Source of the DNA: Thermoanaerobaculia bacterium
Lineage (GTDB): Bacteria; Acidobacteriota; Thermoanaerobaculia; UBA5066
DNA: 64,000 nucleotides
Assembly (NCBI GenBank): GCA_963719225.1
Contig: CAVRAY010000001.1
Location: forward strand, 2,592,001-2,656,000
Direction of reading: 5' to 3'
Shown here piece after piece: positions 11,601-21,532 of this stretch. The stretch's first letter is position 1. Each line of letters starts with the position of its first letter. The position numbers and the translations under genes are program-made. The notes under the pieces were generated by a model. It was given only the letters and a program-made list of their open reading frames with translations. It was not told the origin of the DNA and made no database searches.

Positions 11601-14237
11601 TCAGAGCAACGTCCCCTGCAGGGGCTCCGGCGCCGCCGCGGCGCCGCTCGCGATCCGCGGCAGCCGGATGTGGAAGGTCGTGCCGCGGCCGGGCTGGCTG
11701 TCCACGTGGATCGTCCCGCCGTGCAGCTCGACGAACGCCTTCGCGAGCGCGAGACCGATGCCCATTCCCCGGTAGGCGCGCGTCGAGGACCCGTCGATCT
11801 GCCGGAAGCGCTCGAAGATGAAGGGAAGGTCCTTCGCGTCGATGCCGACGCCGTTGTCGGCGATCGCGAACGTCACGCCGCGCTCGTCGGCGCCGGCCTC
11901 GACGTTGATCTCGCCCCCCTTCGGCGTGAACTTCACGGCGTTGTGGACGAGGTTCCACAGGACCTGGCGCACGCGAAGCGGGTCGAGGCGCACGATCGTC
12001 TTCTCGGCCGGAACCGCGAGCGCCATCTTGATGCCCTTGGCCTCCGCCATGACGGAGACGGGCTCGACGGAATCGGTCACGAGCGGGCCGAGGTCCACGT
12101 CCTCGGGTTCGAGGCGTGTGCGGCCCTCTTCGAAGCGCGACAGGTCGAGGAGATCGGAGATGAGCGCGAGGAGGAACTGGGTCGACCGGTTGATCTGGTC
12201 CACGGCGATCCGCATGGTTTCCCGGTCGGGCCGGTCCTCCGCGAGGACCTCGCTCCAGCCGAGGATGGCCGTGAGCGGCGTGCGGAGCTCGTGGTTGATG
12301 TTCTGAAGAAAGTAGTCGCGGTTGCGCTGGGCGTCTCTCAGCCTCTCGTAGCTGCGCTGGAGCTCCTCGTAGAGCCTCGCGTTCCGGAGGAGGAGCGCGG
12401 CTTCGCCGGCATATCCGTCGATCGCGGACTGGTCCTCGGCGTCGAAGCCGCCGGGCTTGTCGGCGACGGCGAGGACCCCCAGGATTCCGACCTCGGCCTT
12501 GAGCGGGGTGAAGACGATGTTCTCTTTGATGTCCAGCGCGGCGAGGAGCGCCTTCGAGAGTCTCGGGTCCGACGCTACGTCGTTCTGGAGGCACGTCTCG
12601 CCAGTTCGATAGCACAGGATCGCGAGGCTCTGATCGGTCAATCTCACGTGCCGGCCGCGCAGCGCCTCGTCGGGCACGCCGAAGCCCGGCGGCGTCAGCA
12701 CCAACGACCGGGTCTCGGGCTCCCAGAGGCAGATCCAGGCCTTCGTGGCGCCGACGAGGGCAGCGATCTGCCGCGTGAGCTGGGCGAACGTCTCTTCCGG
12801 ACGCGTCATGAGCGCGGCCGTCTGTGCGAGACGATGGACCCCTTCCATGGAAGCGATCCGCCATCGCACGCGGCGATCGAGGTCCATCACGGCCCGGGAG
12901 AGACGGCCGATTTCGTCGAGCCGTTCGCCCTCCGGGAGACGGGGGGAAGGCCGGCCGAAGGCGACGGCATCGGCGACGCGCGCGACGCGGCGCAGTGGCG
13001 CGAGCGCGCGGCGCGTCGCCACGACGACGGCCGCCGCGAGCAATCCCACGAGAGCGATGTAGAAGAGGCGCAGCTCGCCGCGCTTCCGGATAGTCTCGGC
13101 GAAGATGGACTGGAGCTGGGCCGCGACTTTCTTCTCGAGGGCCTCGCGAGGCGTGATCTTCACGAACGTCCATCGCAGGTCCGGAACCCGGCGGGCGGCC
13201 ACCAGGAACGTGCTTTCGCCGAGCTTCGTCTCGAAGGTCCCGTCGCCCCACTTCGTCGCGGCCGCGCCCAGCTCCAGGACCTGTTCGGGAGAGAGCCGGT
13301 TTTCCGGCATGACGAGCACCGCTCGCCCGTCCGCCGAGAACAGGAATTCGACGTCGTCGGGCCGCGTCGGGTCCAGCAATCCCAGGAACATCCGCGGGAA
13401 GACCCAGTCCACGGCGACCTCCCCGAGGAGCCGGCCGTTCTGTCCCTTCACGAGAGCGACGGCCGACACGATGCTCCCGTTCCCCGCGTACGTGTCTTCG
13501 TACACCGACGTCCAGATGACCGGAGGCGACCCCGTCCCGCCTGTCCCGTCGGCGATGAGGGCGGCGTGCGCGCTCGGAAAGCGGAATCTCGGATCGACGA
13601 CCGGTTTTCCACCCGGCTTCAAATCGAGACCGGGGACGACGCGAAGGACGCCCGAGGCGGTCCTGATCGAAAGGGCGGAAAGGTCCACGGGACCGAGGCC
13701 GAGGACGACGAACGGCGCTTCGAGGCGGCGCGTGGCGGCGAGATCCCGGCTGGCCCCCGCGTCGAGGCCGTGCTCGCGGCTCACCATCGCGGCGCTGACG
13801 CCGCGCCCCGGCGACCGGAGCAACCCATTCGGCTCGTCGACGAGCGCCTCCGCGGGAAGCTTCGGGTCGGGCCCGTCCTCCAGCGCGCGCCGGGCCTCCT
13901 CGACGGACCGATGGAGGATGGAGACGACCTCGCCCGACATGTTGCTGATCGCACGGACGCGGTCGGCCCCGTCCTCCGAAAGAGACCTCGCCTCGTGGCG
14001 GCGCGCGTCGACGATGAGCGTCTGGAGGAGGCTCTCGCGCTGCTCGGCTCCGATGCGGTCTCCCATGACCCAGTAGACGGCCGCCGGCACGAGCGCCACG
14101 GGAACGACGTACCAGAGCAGGCGCGCCGCGAGAGATCGCTGCGGCGTCCACACGCCGGTGTCCCGAAGAGCCGGCGTGTCACCCGGAGGGACATGACCGG
14201 AATCCTCGGGATTCCCGGCCGAGATCTCGGGAATCAC
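11601..14237 (-). CDS. Sensor histidine kinase (TM, Cache-like periplasmic domain, TM, HAMP, GAF, HisKA, HATPase)
   Basis: NHELRTPL, NLVHNAVKFT, DNGVGI, GMGIGLA; HAMP LDEIGRLSRA; start supported by TAACCT 6 nt upstream of GTG. Confidence 0.9.
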   Translation of the reverse strand: MIPEISAGNPEDSGHVPPGDTPALRDTGVWTPQRSLAARLLWYVVPVALVPAAVYWVMGDRIGAEQRESLLQTLIVDARRHEARSLSEDGADRVRAISNMSGEVVSILHRSVEEARRALEDGPDPKLPAEALVDEPNGLLRSPGRGVSAAMVSREHGLDAGASRDLAATRRLEAPFVVLGLGPVDLSALSIRTASGVLRVVPGLDLKPGGKPVVDPRFRFPSAHAALIADGTGGTGSPPVIWTSVYEDTYAGNGSIVSAVALVKGQNGRLLGEVAVDWVFPRMFLGLLDPTRPDDVEFLFSADGRAVLVMPENRLSPEQVLELGAAATKWGDGTFETKLGESTFLVAARRVPDLRWTFVKITPREALEKKVAAQLQSIFAETIRKRGELRLFYIALVGLLAAAVVVATRRALAPLRRVARVADAVAFGRPSPRLPEGERLDEIGRLSRAVMDLDRRVRWRIASMEGVHRLAQTAALMTRPEETFAQLTRQIAALVGATKAWICLWEPETRSLVLTPPGFGVPDEALRGRHVRLTDQSLAILCYRTGETCLQNDVASDPRLSKALLAALDIKENIVFTPLKAEVGILGVLAVADKPGGFDAEDQSAIDGYAGEAALLLRNARLYEELQRSYERLRDAQRNRDYFLQNINHELRTPLTAILGWSEVLAEDRPDRETMRIAVDQINRSTQFLLALISDLLDLSRFEEGRTRLEPEDVDLGPLVTDSVEPVSVMAEAKGIKMALAVPAEKTIVRLDPLRVRQVLWNLVHNAVKFTPKGGEINVEAGADERGVTFAIADNGVGIDAKDLPFIFERFRQIDGSSTRAYRGMGIGLALAKAFVELHGGTIHVDSQPGRGTTFHIRLPRIASGAAAAPEPLQGTLL

Positions 14238-14262
14238 CCGATGAGGTTAGCGCGGTTCCGGA

Positions 14263-14301
14263 TCACTCGTAGCGCAGGGCCTCGATCGGATCCAGCCTGC
14301 T
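14263..14301 (-). repeat. Displaced duplicate of permease 3' end, encoding SRLDPIEALRYE*
   Basis: Minus strand AGC AGG CTG GAT CCG ATC GAG GCC CTG CGC TAC GAG TGA encodes the same 12 residues and stop as 14348-14386, with only synonymous differences. Confidence 0.85.
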
Positions 14302-14307
14302 GGGCTC

Positions 14308-14338
14308 TCCGGGGGCTTACCTGTCGGGCGCCCCCGGA
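14308..14338. repeat. GC-rich hairpin (REP-like or terminator-like)
   Basis: Perfect 9-bp inverted repeat TCCGGGGGC / GCCCCCGGA with 13-nt loop. Confidence 0.6.
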
Positions 14339-14347
14339 CCCCCGCGT

Positions 14348-15574
14348 TCATTCATATCGCAATGCCTCTATCGGATCGAGCCTCGACGCCTTCAGGGCGG
14401 GATAAAAGCCGAACGTGACGCCGACGAGCGCCGAGAACAGGAAGGCGAGCCAGACGGCCTGCGGCTGGACAGAGACCGGCCAGCCCGCGAACCGCGCCAC
14501 CGTGCGCTGGATTCCGATGCCGAGCGCGATCCCCACGGCTCCGCCCGTGATCGCGAGGACGACCGCCTCCACGAGGAACTGCGCGCGGATGTCGGCACCC
14601 TTGGCGCCGATGGCCATGCGCACGCCGATCTCGCGCGTCCGTTCCGTCACCGAGACGAGCATGATGTTCATGATGCCGATCCCGCCCACGAGCAACGAGA
14701 CGCCCGCGATCGACCACAGGAGGGCGCTCATCGTGCGGCTCTGCTCCTCGGCCTGCTGGAGCATCTCCGTCTGCGAGCGGATCATGAAGTCGTCGTCCTG
14801 ACCGTTCGCCTTGTTGATGTGGTGCCGCTGGCGGAGGAGCGCCGTGATCTCCTCCTGCGCCCGCGGGACGAGCTCGTTCGAGGACGCCGACGCGAGAATC
14901 GCCCCGACGGCGGTCGTGCCCATGATCTTCTTGCGCACCGTCCCGTACGGGGCGATGACGATGTCGTCCTGGTCCTGCCCCATCGTGGATCCGCCCTTGG
15001 ACTCGAGAACGCCCACGACCTTGAACGGAATGTTCTTGATGCGGATCGTCTTGCCGATGGGGTCCTCGTCGCCGAAGAGATTCGTTTTCACGGTCTGTCC
15101 GAGGACGCAGACCTTGCTCGCCGAGCGGTTGTCCTGGTCCGTGAAGAACTGTCCTTGCGCGAGGTTCCAGGAGCGGATGAGCGGCCAGTCCACCTCCCCG
15201 CCCTGGATCGACGTCGACCAGTTCTGGTTCCCATAGATGACCTGCGCGACGGTGCGGATCGTCGCCGACACGTAGGAGACCGTCTCCACCTCGCGCCGGA
15301 GCGCGTCGACGTCGTCGCCCGAGAGCTTGGAGCTCGATCCCCATCCCGCCCTCGCCCCGGAGGAGGTCGTCGTGCCCGGAAAGATCATGAGGAAGTTCGT
15401 GCCCAGGGACTTGAGCTGATTCTCGGCCTGGAGGCGCGCTCCCTCGCCGATCCCGATCGTGGCGACCACGCACGCGACACCGATGATGATGCCGAGCGCG
15501 GTCAGGAGCGAGCGCAGCTTGTTGCGCGCGAGCGCCCGAAACGCGACCTTCAGGATGTTGCCGGTCTTCGTCAT
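14348..15574 (-). CDS. MacB/FtsX-family ABC permease
   Basis: RNKLRSLLTALGIIIGV, GGIGIMNIMLVSVTERTREIGVRMAIGA, LDPIEALRYE; ATG overlaps the ATPase stop. Confidence 0.93.
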   Translation of the reverse strand: MTKTGNILKVAFRALARNKLRSLLTALGIIIGVACVVATIGIGEGARLQAENQLKSLGTNFLMIFPGTTTSSGARAGWGSSSKLSGDDVDALRREVETVSYVSATIRTVAQVIYGNQNWSTSIQGGEVDWPLIRSWNLAQGQFFTDQDNRSASKVCVLGQTVKTNLFGDEDPIGKTIRIKNIPFKVVGVLESKGGSTMGQDQDDIVIAPYGTVRKKIMGTTAVGAILASASSNELVPRAQEEITALLRQRHHINKANGQDDDFMIRSQTEMLQQAEEQSRTMSALLWSIAGVSLLVGGIGIMNIMLVSVTERTREIGVRMAIGAKGADIRAQFLVEAVVLAITGGAVGIALGIGIQRTVARFAGWPVSVQPQAVWLAFLFSALVGVTFGFYPALKASRLDPIEALRYE

Positions 15575-16311
15575 GGCGCGACTCCTCCCGCGGCCGTGAA
15601 GGCGAGCCGGCGCTTCGTCACCGGGACGTCGGACAGAACCTTTCCATCGCGAAACATCACGATCCGGCGGGCGTGCTCCGAGATGTCCGGCTCGTGCGTG
15701 ATGAGGACGACGGTCTTCCCCTCGTCGTTCAGCTCCTGAAAGATCGCCATGACCTCGACGGAGGTCTTCGAGTCGAGGTTTCCCGTGGGCTCGTCCGCGA
15801 GGAGGATCGCCGGATCGTTCACGAGGCTGCGCGCGATCGCGACGCGCTGCTGCTGGCCGCCCGAAAGCTGGGCCGAGGTGTGGTCCCAGCGATCCTTGAG
15901 GCCGACCCGTGCGAGACAGCTCATCGCCTTGTCGCGCGCCTCTTCGTCGGTGATGTTCGACTTTTTCGAATACAGGAGAGGGAGCTCGACGTTCTCCAGG
16001 GCATTCGTCCGCGAAAGCAGGTTGAAGTTCTGGAACACGAACCCGATCTTGTCGTTCCGGATACTCGCGCGCTGGTCGCGGTCCAGGCCCGAGACGTCGA
16101 CTCCCTCGAGCACGTAGCGGCCGGAGGTCGGCCGGTCGAGACATCCCACGATGTTCATGAACGTGGATTTGCCCGAGCCGGACGGCCCCATGACCGCGAG
16201 GAATTCGCCCGGCTCGACTTTCAGCGTGATGCCGTCGAGCGCGCGCACCTCCGACTCGCCCATCCGGTAGACGCGCGTGAGGTTCTCGATCTCGATGACG
16301 GGACGCGCCAT
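15571..16311 (-). CDS. ABC ATP-binding protein (LolD/MacB type)
   Basis: [33 protein letters not shown]. Confidence 0.95.
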   Translation of the reverse strand: MARPVIEIENLTRVYRMGESEVRALDGITLKVEPGEFLAVMGPSGSGKSTFMNIVGCLDRPTSGRYVLEGVDVSGLDRDQRASIRNDKIGFVFQNFNLLSRTNALENVELPLLYSKKSNITDEEARDKAMSCLARVGLKDRWDHTSAQLSGGQQQRVAIARSLVNDPAILLADEPTGNLDSKTSVEVMAIFQELNDEGKTVVLITHEPDISEHARRIVMFRDGKVLSDVPVTKRRLAFTAAGGVAP

Positions 16312-16324
16312 GACCCGCGCCGCC

Positions 16325-17668
16325 TCAGAAAGGACGGCGTCCGCCGCCCGGCGCGCCCGTCCCTCCACCCGGCACTCCGGCGCGTGCCGTCGCGAGACCC
16401 ACGATGACCTCGTCGCCCTCCTTGAGGTCGTCCGAGCGGATCGCGGTGAGGTTGCCGTCCGTGATGAGAGTCCTCACGGTGACGGGCTTCAGCTTCCCTC
16501 CGGTGTTCGGGACCTCGACGTAGAGCGTTCCCGTGCCGGCCCCCGAGCGCGCGCCGCCACCCGGGCGGCCGCCCTGCCCCCCCGGCCCGCGCCCTCCGGG
16601 GCCACCGGGCCGGCCGCCGGGCGGCGCGGACCTCGGAGGCGGGGCAACGAGCCCGGTCTCGGGAGCAGCGGGCGACGTGGAGGGCGCGGACGACGCGGTC
16701 CCCGCAGGCGGCGCGCCCTTCGCCTTGTCCTTTCGCGCTTCGGGAACGAGATCGGCGTTGTCCGGCCGGAAGCGCAGTGCCGCGTTCGGCACGCGCAGGA
16801 CGTCCTTGCGGACCTCCACGGGAACCTGGACGTTCGCGGTCATGCCGGGCTTCAGCTTGAGATCGGGGTTCGCGACGTCGAGCATGACGGGGTAGGTCAC
16901 GACGTTCTGGACCGTCTGCGGCGAGAGGCGGATCTGCGACACGTCCCCGCGAAAGGGCTGGTCCGGAAACGCATCCACCGAAAACTTGGCTTCCTGCCCC
17001 ACTTTCACGCGCCCGACGTCGGCCTCGTCGATGTTCGTCAGGACCTGCATCTTCGTGAGGTCCTGGGCGATCGTGAAGAGGACCGGCGCCTGAAACGATG
17101 CGGCAACCGTCTGGCCCACGTCGTACTGGCGGCTCACGACGACGCCGTCGATCGGCGAGGTGATCCTGGTGTACGACAGGTTCGTCTCGGCCTGCTTCAG
17201 CGCCGCCTGCGACTGCGCGACCGCGGCCGCGGCCGCGTCCCGCGTCGTCTGGGCGCCGTCCAGATCGGACTGCGCGAGAAGCTGCTGCGCGTTCAGGTTC
17301 TTCGCGCGCGTGAGCGAGATCTCCGCGTTTCTCAGCTCCACCTTCGCTTTCTCGAGGTCCGCGCGGCGCTGCTCGATGGTCTGCAGGAACGGGGTCGGAT
17401 CGAGCTCGGCGAGGAGCTGACCCTTCTTCACGGTGGAATTGAAGTCGACGTGGAGCTTCGCGATGATGCCCGAGACCTGGCTGCCCACCTGTACCGTCGT
17501 CACTGCCGACAGCGTCCCCGTGGCCGTCACCGTGGCGACCACGTCGCCCTTGTCGACCTTCGCCTTTCGGAATTTCGGTTCGGCCGACCCGCGACGCGAG
17601 AGGAGAAGGTACGCCCCGAGCGCGACGAGCGCGACGGCGGCGGCGATGATCAGGACTCGTTTCTTCAT
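16325..17668 (-). CDS. MacA-like periplasmic adaptor (membrane fusion protein)
   Basis: N-terminal TM; VQVGSQVSG, ITSPIDGVV, LKPGMTANV; Gly/Pro-rich insert. Confidence 0.93.
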   Translation of the reverse strand: MKKRVLIIAAAVALVALGAYLLLSRRGSAEPKFRKAKVDKGDVVATVTATGTLSAVTTVQVGSQVSGIIAKLHVDFNSTVKKGQLLAELDPTPFLQTIEQRRADLEKAKVELRNAEISLTRAKNLNAQQLLAQSDLDGAQTTRDAAAAAVAQSQAALKQAETNLSYTRITSPIDGVVVSRQYDVGQTVAASFQAPVLFTIAQDLTKMQVLTNIDEADVGRVKVGQEAKFSVDAFPDQPFRGDVSQIRLSPQTVQNVVTYPVMLDVANPDLKLKPGMTANVQVPVEVRKDVLRVPNAALRFRPDNADLVPEARKDKAKGAPPAGTASSAPSTSPAAPETGLVAPPPRSAPPGGRPGGPGGRGPGGQGGRPGGGARSGAGTGTLYVEVPNTGGKLKPVTVRTLITDGNLTAIRSDDLKEGDEVIVGLATARAGVPGGGTGAPGGGRRPF

Positions 17669-17726
17669 GAGCTCCTCGGAGACGCGTGAAATGAGGGAGG
17701 CGGGAAGGCGATGACGGGGTCGGATC

Positions 17727-18767
17727 TCAAAAGGCCACCGAGAGGCCGAGCTGGAAGGCCTTGACGACCTCGGTGCCCGAAATCGTCGTCATCAGCCGCG
17801 CACTGTACTCGATCGTCGCGAGGAGTCCTTTTCGCGGCATCCAGACGACCGCGGGCTGATGGAGCCGCTCGGTCACCTCGGCGCCGCGGTACCGCCACAC
17901 CGAATAGAGATAACGGTACGTGACCGTCGGGAATTCCGCGCGGAATCCCGCGAGAGCCGCGGTGGCGTCGTCGTACCCGAGCCGGCACGCGGCCTCTCCC
18001 GCGCAGCGCGCTCCCGAGCGCGTGAATCCCTCGAGGAGGAGCGCGAACGGGCCGAACGTCGCGGTGAGATCGAGCGCCGCATCGGTGCGCCGGAAGGAGG
18101 CCGGTCCCTCGCGCTCCTCGAGCCGCGCGGACGCGACGGAGAGACCCGGCTTGAGGGTCCACAGGCCGTGGTTCAGCAGGTAAGAGACGCGTGCTTCGAG
18201 GCCGTCGCGCAGGAGGCGCGCCGGATCCGACTCCACGCTCCGTCCGTTCTCTTCCCAGCTCACGTGGTCGTTCTGTCCGAAGTAGCGCGCGCTCCAGCCG
18301 AGCGTGTCGTAGCCCCGGCGCGCTTCTCCCTTCAGGCCGGCTCCCCAATCCGGATTCCGCGTGACGCCGTTCGCCGAGAACAGGGTCCCGAGGAACGACG
18401 CGTCCGCGAGGCCGAAGTCGCGCGGGATCTTTCCCGCGCTGACGGCGCCGATCGGCGTCGTGACGGAAGCCCATCCCTCCTCGAGCCAGACCGAGCCGTC
18501 GTAGAAGGGGCGGAAGCGCCCGTCTCGTCCGCGCACTTCGGCCTTCGCCGCGAATCCGCCGCGCGTCCACTCCGCCGTGAGGGCGCCGTAGAAGAACTCC
18601 GCAAACCGTTCGTGCCGGTCCGAGACCGGTTCGTAGTCGTGAAGGACCGCTTCGAATCGGAATTTCGGCAGACCGGAATCCGTTTGGGCGGGCGCATCCT
18701 CTCCGCGCGCAGCGGAAGCCATGCCGGCGGCGAGGACGGCGAGCGCGAGGACACGTCGCTTCAACAC
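17727..18767 (-). CDS. Putative outer-membrane beta-barrel protein
   Basis: Signal peptide (M)LKRRVLALAVLAAGMASAARG; amphipathic strands; C-terminal FQLGLSVAF (BAM-type signal). The upstream part of the 750-aa track ORF is antisense shadow. Confidence 0.7.
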   Translation of the reverse strand: MLKRRVLALAVLAAGMASAARGEDAPAQTDSGLPKFRFEAVLHDYEPVSDRHERFAEFFYGALTAEWTRGGFAAKAEVRGRDGRFRPFYDGSVWLEEGWASVTTPIGAVSAGKIPRDFGLADASFLGTLFSANGVTRNPDWGAGLKGEARRGYDTLGWSARYFGQNDHVSWEENGRSVESDPARLLRDGLEARVSYLLNHGLWTLKPGLSVASARLEEREGPASFRRTDAALDLTATFGPFALLLEGFTRSGARCAGEAACRLGYDDATAALAGFRAEFPTVTYRYLYSVWRYRGAEVTERLHQPAVVWMPRKGLLATIEYSARLMTTISGTEVVKAFQLGLSVAF

Positions 18768-18818
18768 AATCGTTATATTACGAGCCCGTCCGGTGCGGGT
18801 TTTTCCGAGGAGGACACC

Positions 18819-20111
18819 ATCGCTTCTTCCCTCGATCTCGAAGTTCCGTTTCACGTCGAGCGCCTCGCGAACGGGCTGATGGTCGTCGTGTCGCCGCAGC
18901 GCGGAATTCCCCTCGTGACCGTCGACGTCACGTACGACGTCGGGAGCCGCGTCGAGCCTCCCGGGAAGACCGGGTTCGCGCACCTCTTCGAGCACCTCAT
19001 GTTCGAGGGCTCGGAGAACGTGGGCAAGGGCGAGCACTTCCGCCTCGTCGCCGAGGCGGGCGGCTCCATGAACGGGACGACGTCCGAGGACCGGACGAAC
19101 TATTTCGAGACGATGCCCGCCGAGTCGCTCGACCTCGCTCTCTTCCTCGAGGCCGACCGGATGCGCGCGCTCGTCCTGACGCAGGAAAAGCTGGACAACC
19201 AGCGCGAAGCGGTGAAGGAGGAGAAGCGCCTCCGCGTGGACAACCAACCTTACGCTTCGTCGTTCGAGACCACCGATGCGCTCGCGTACGACGCTTTTCC
19301 CTACAAGCACCCCGTCATCGGATCGATGGACGACCTTCAGGCCGCTTCGCTCGACGATGCGCGCGACTTCTATCGCCGCTACTACGCGCCGGCGAACGCT
19401 CTCCTGGCGGTCGTGGGCGACGTCGAGCCCGCGGACGCCTTCCGCCGGGTCGCGAAGGCCTTCGAGGACGTTTCGCCGCGCGAGACGCCGCCGCCCTTCG
19501 CATTCACGGAGCCGGCCCCTTCCGGCGAGCGGCGCCAGCACGTGGACGACGCGCACGCGGCGATGCCGGCGCTGCACGTCAATTTCAAGGTGGCCGAACG
19601 TCGCCACCCCGACCTCTTCGCCCTCTCGGTCGTCGAGCGCATCCTCGGAGCCGGCGAGTCGGGACGGCTCTGGCGCCGGCTCGTGAAGGACGACTCGCTC
19701 GCCTTGTCTCTCTCGGTGTCGCTCGACGAGCGCCGCGGACCGTCCCTCTTCCGCATCTTTTCTCTCGCCCGGCCTGGCGTGACGCTCGAGCGTCTCGAGG
19801 CGGAGATCCTCGGCGATCTCATGCGCTTCGCCGCGGACGGGCCGACGCCGCGCGAGATGGAGCGCGCGCGACGGCTGCTCCTTTCGGCCGCCGTGCGCGC
19901 CACGCAGACGACTCAGTCGATCGCCTTCCTGCTTTCCGAGTACGGCCTGTACGACGGCGATCCCGGACTCTTCCCGCACGACGTCGAGGCGGTCCTCGCG
20001 CTCGACGCGGCCGCGGTCCGCGAGGCCGCGGCGCGGCTTCTCGTCGCGTCACGCCGCTCGATCGTGAGGGTCGTCCCGAGCGAGCCCGACGAGTCGAGGG
20101 ACGCGGCATGA
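18819..20111 (+). CDS. M16 family zinc peptidase, catalytic subunit; probable ATC start
   Basis: GFAHLFEHLMF (HxxEH), NGTTSEDRTNYFE, HPVIGS; GAGGAGG 5 nt before in-frame ATC 18819. Confidence 0.88.
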   Translation: MASSLDLEVPFHVERLANGLMVVVSPQRGIPLVTVDVTYDVGSRVEPPGKTGFAHLFEHLMFEGSENVGKGEHFRLVAEAGGSMNGTTSEDRTNYFETMPAESLDLALFLEADRMRALVLTQEKLDNQREAVKEEKRLRVDNQPYASSFETTDALAYDAFPYKHPVIGSMDDLQAASLDDARDFYRRYYAPANALLAVVGDVEPADAFRRVAKAFEDVSPRETPPPFAFTEPAPSGERRQHVDDAHAAMPALHVNFKVAERRHPDLFALSVVERILGAGESGRLWRRLVKDDSLALSLSVSLDERRGPSLFRIFSLARPGVTLERLEAEILGDLMRFAADGPTPREMERARRLLLSAAVRATQTTQSIAFLLSEYGLYDGDPGLFPHDVEAVLALDAAAVREAAARLLVASRRSIVRVVPSEPDESRDAA

Positions 20112-21472
20112 GCGGCGCGCGACGCCTGCCTCCGCCCTCGCTGCCGCCGCTTCCTTTCCTGCTGCCCTCCTTTACCGGAACGCGGCTCGCGAACGGTCTC
20201 ACGCTGCGCGCGGCGCGTTGGGGACGGCGCCCCACCGTCGCCGTCTCGGTTCTGTTCCCGGGCGCGGGAGCCGCGGCCGATCCGCCAGGCTACGAAGGGA
20301 CGGCCGAGATCACCGGCGAGACGTTTCTCGGCGGGACGCGCCGGCGTGATGCGCGCGGACTCGCCGAGGCGATCGACGACCTCGCCGCGGGAGTCGAGGT
20401 TTCCGCCGGCAGCGACTCGTCCGTCGCGCGGCTCTCGATCCTCGAAAGGGATCTCGACGCGGGCCTCGCGCTCCTCGCCGAGGTCCTGACGGAATCCACG
20501 TTTCCCGAGGACGAGTTCGAGAAGAACCGCAGACGCCAGATCGACGTTCTCGCCGAGCAGCGCTCCGAGCCCGACTTCCTCGCCCGCGAGCGCCTCCTCG
20601 ACCGGCTCTATCCCGGCCACCCCTACGGACGCCTCACGGCGACGGAAAAAGGCCTCGAAGCCCTGACGCGCGACCGCGTCGCCCTCTTCGCGGCGAGCCG
20701 CTTCTCGTTCGACGGGGCGACGCTCATCCTCGCGGGCGCGGCGGACCCCGACGTCCTGCTCCGGGCGGGCGCTCGCGCGTTCGAGGGCCTTCCCGCGGGC
20801 TCCGGCGATGCCGGCTCCCCGGTTCCTCCGCCGCCGCGCCTCGACGGTTTTTCGATCCATCTCGTGCACCGGCCCGGCTCCGTGCAGACGAACCTCCTGT
20901 TCGCGCGGCCCGCGCTCCGGCGCCGGAGTCCGCGCTTCCCCTCGGCCATCGTCGCGAACCAGGCGCTGGGCGGCGGCGCATCGTCGCGTCTCTTTCACGT
21001 CCTGCGCGAAGAGCGCAGCCTCACGTATGGCGCGTACTCGTCGCTGGCCGCGCGCGTGGCGGGGGGGCAGTTCGGCGCCTCGATCGACTGCCGGACCGAA
21101 GTGACTCGCGAAGCCTGCTCGGGACTCTTCGACCTCATCCGCGCGTTCGCCGCCGACGGACCCACGGAAGCCGAGCACGAGCGCGCGCGCTTGTATCTGC
21201 TCGGCAGCTTTCCGATCCCGCGCGAGACTCCCGGCGGCATCGTTCAGGACGAGATCGCGAGGATCCTTCACGGCCTGCCCGAGGACGAGTGGACCACGTG
21301 GCGCCGCCGCGTTGGCGCCGTCTCGAGGCCGGAGGCGTGCCAGGTCGCGGCGGAATTCTTCGACCCCGCGACGGGCATCCTCGCCGCGGTCGGGGACGCG
21401 AAGCTCGTCCGGCCGGTCCTCGAGTCGTTCGGCGACACGACTCTCTGGGACGCGGACGGCCCGAGGGCCTGA
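20108..21472 (+). CDS. M16 family peptidase, non-catalytic partner subunit
   Basis: LANGL, GHPYG, LGGGASSRLFHVLREERSLTYG; no HxxEH; ATGA coupling. Confidence 0.88.
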   Translation: MSGARRLPPPSLPPLPFLLPSFTGTRLANGLTLRAARWGRRPTVAVSVLFPGAGAAADPPGYEGTAEITGETFLGGTRRRDARGLAEAIDDLAAGVEVSAGSDSSVARLSILERDLDAGLALLAEVLTESTFPEDEFEKNRRRQIDVLAEQRSEPDFLARERLLDRLYPGHPYGRLTATEKGLEALTRDRVALFAASRFSFDGATLILAGAADPDVLLRAGARAFEGLPAGSGDAGSPVPPPPRLDGFSIHLVHRPGSVQTNLLFARPALRRRSPRFPSAIVANQALGGGASSRLFHVLREERSLTYGAYSSLAARVAGGQFGASIDCRTEVTREACSGLFDLIRAFAADGPTEAEHERARLYLLGSFPIPRETPGGIVQDEIARILHGLPEDEWTTWRRRVGAVSRPEACQVAAEFFDPATGILAAVGDAKLVRPVLESFGDTTLWDADGPRA

Positions 21473-21532
21473 AAAGCCGGCGTGGGAATCGGGACTCCCG
21501 TGGCACTCCGCAATATGGACAGGAGTCACCAC

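Noticed and set aside
14263-14386. Diversity-generating retroelement TR/VR pair
   Set aside because: Differences are all synonymous and not restricted to adenines; no reverse transcriptase in the window
8670-14405. 1911-aa giant kinase ORF
   Set aside because: Produced by the frameshift near 11292 plus open antisense frame of the histidine kinase; the real kinase spans 9363-11583
16530-16730. Gly/Pro low-complexity tract in the MacA-like gene as a repeat element
   Set aside because: Ordinary disordered insert common in these adaptors; no discrete DNA repeat unit
17727-20111. Two fully overlapping 750-aa antisense ORFs
   Set aside because: Each is a real gene extended by the shadow of its divergent neighbour; true starts are near 18767 and 18819
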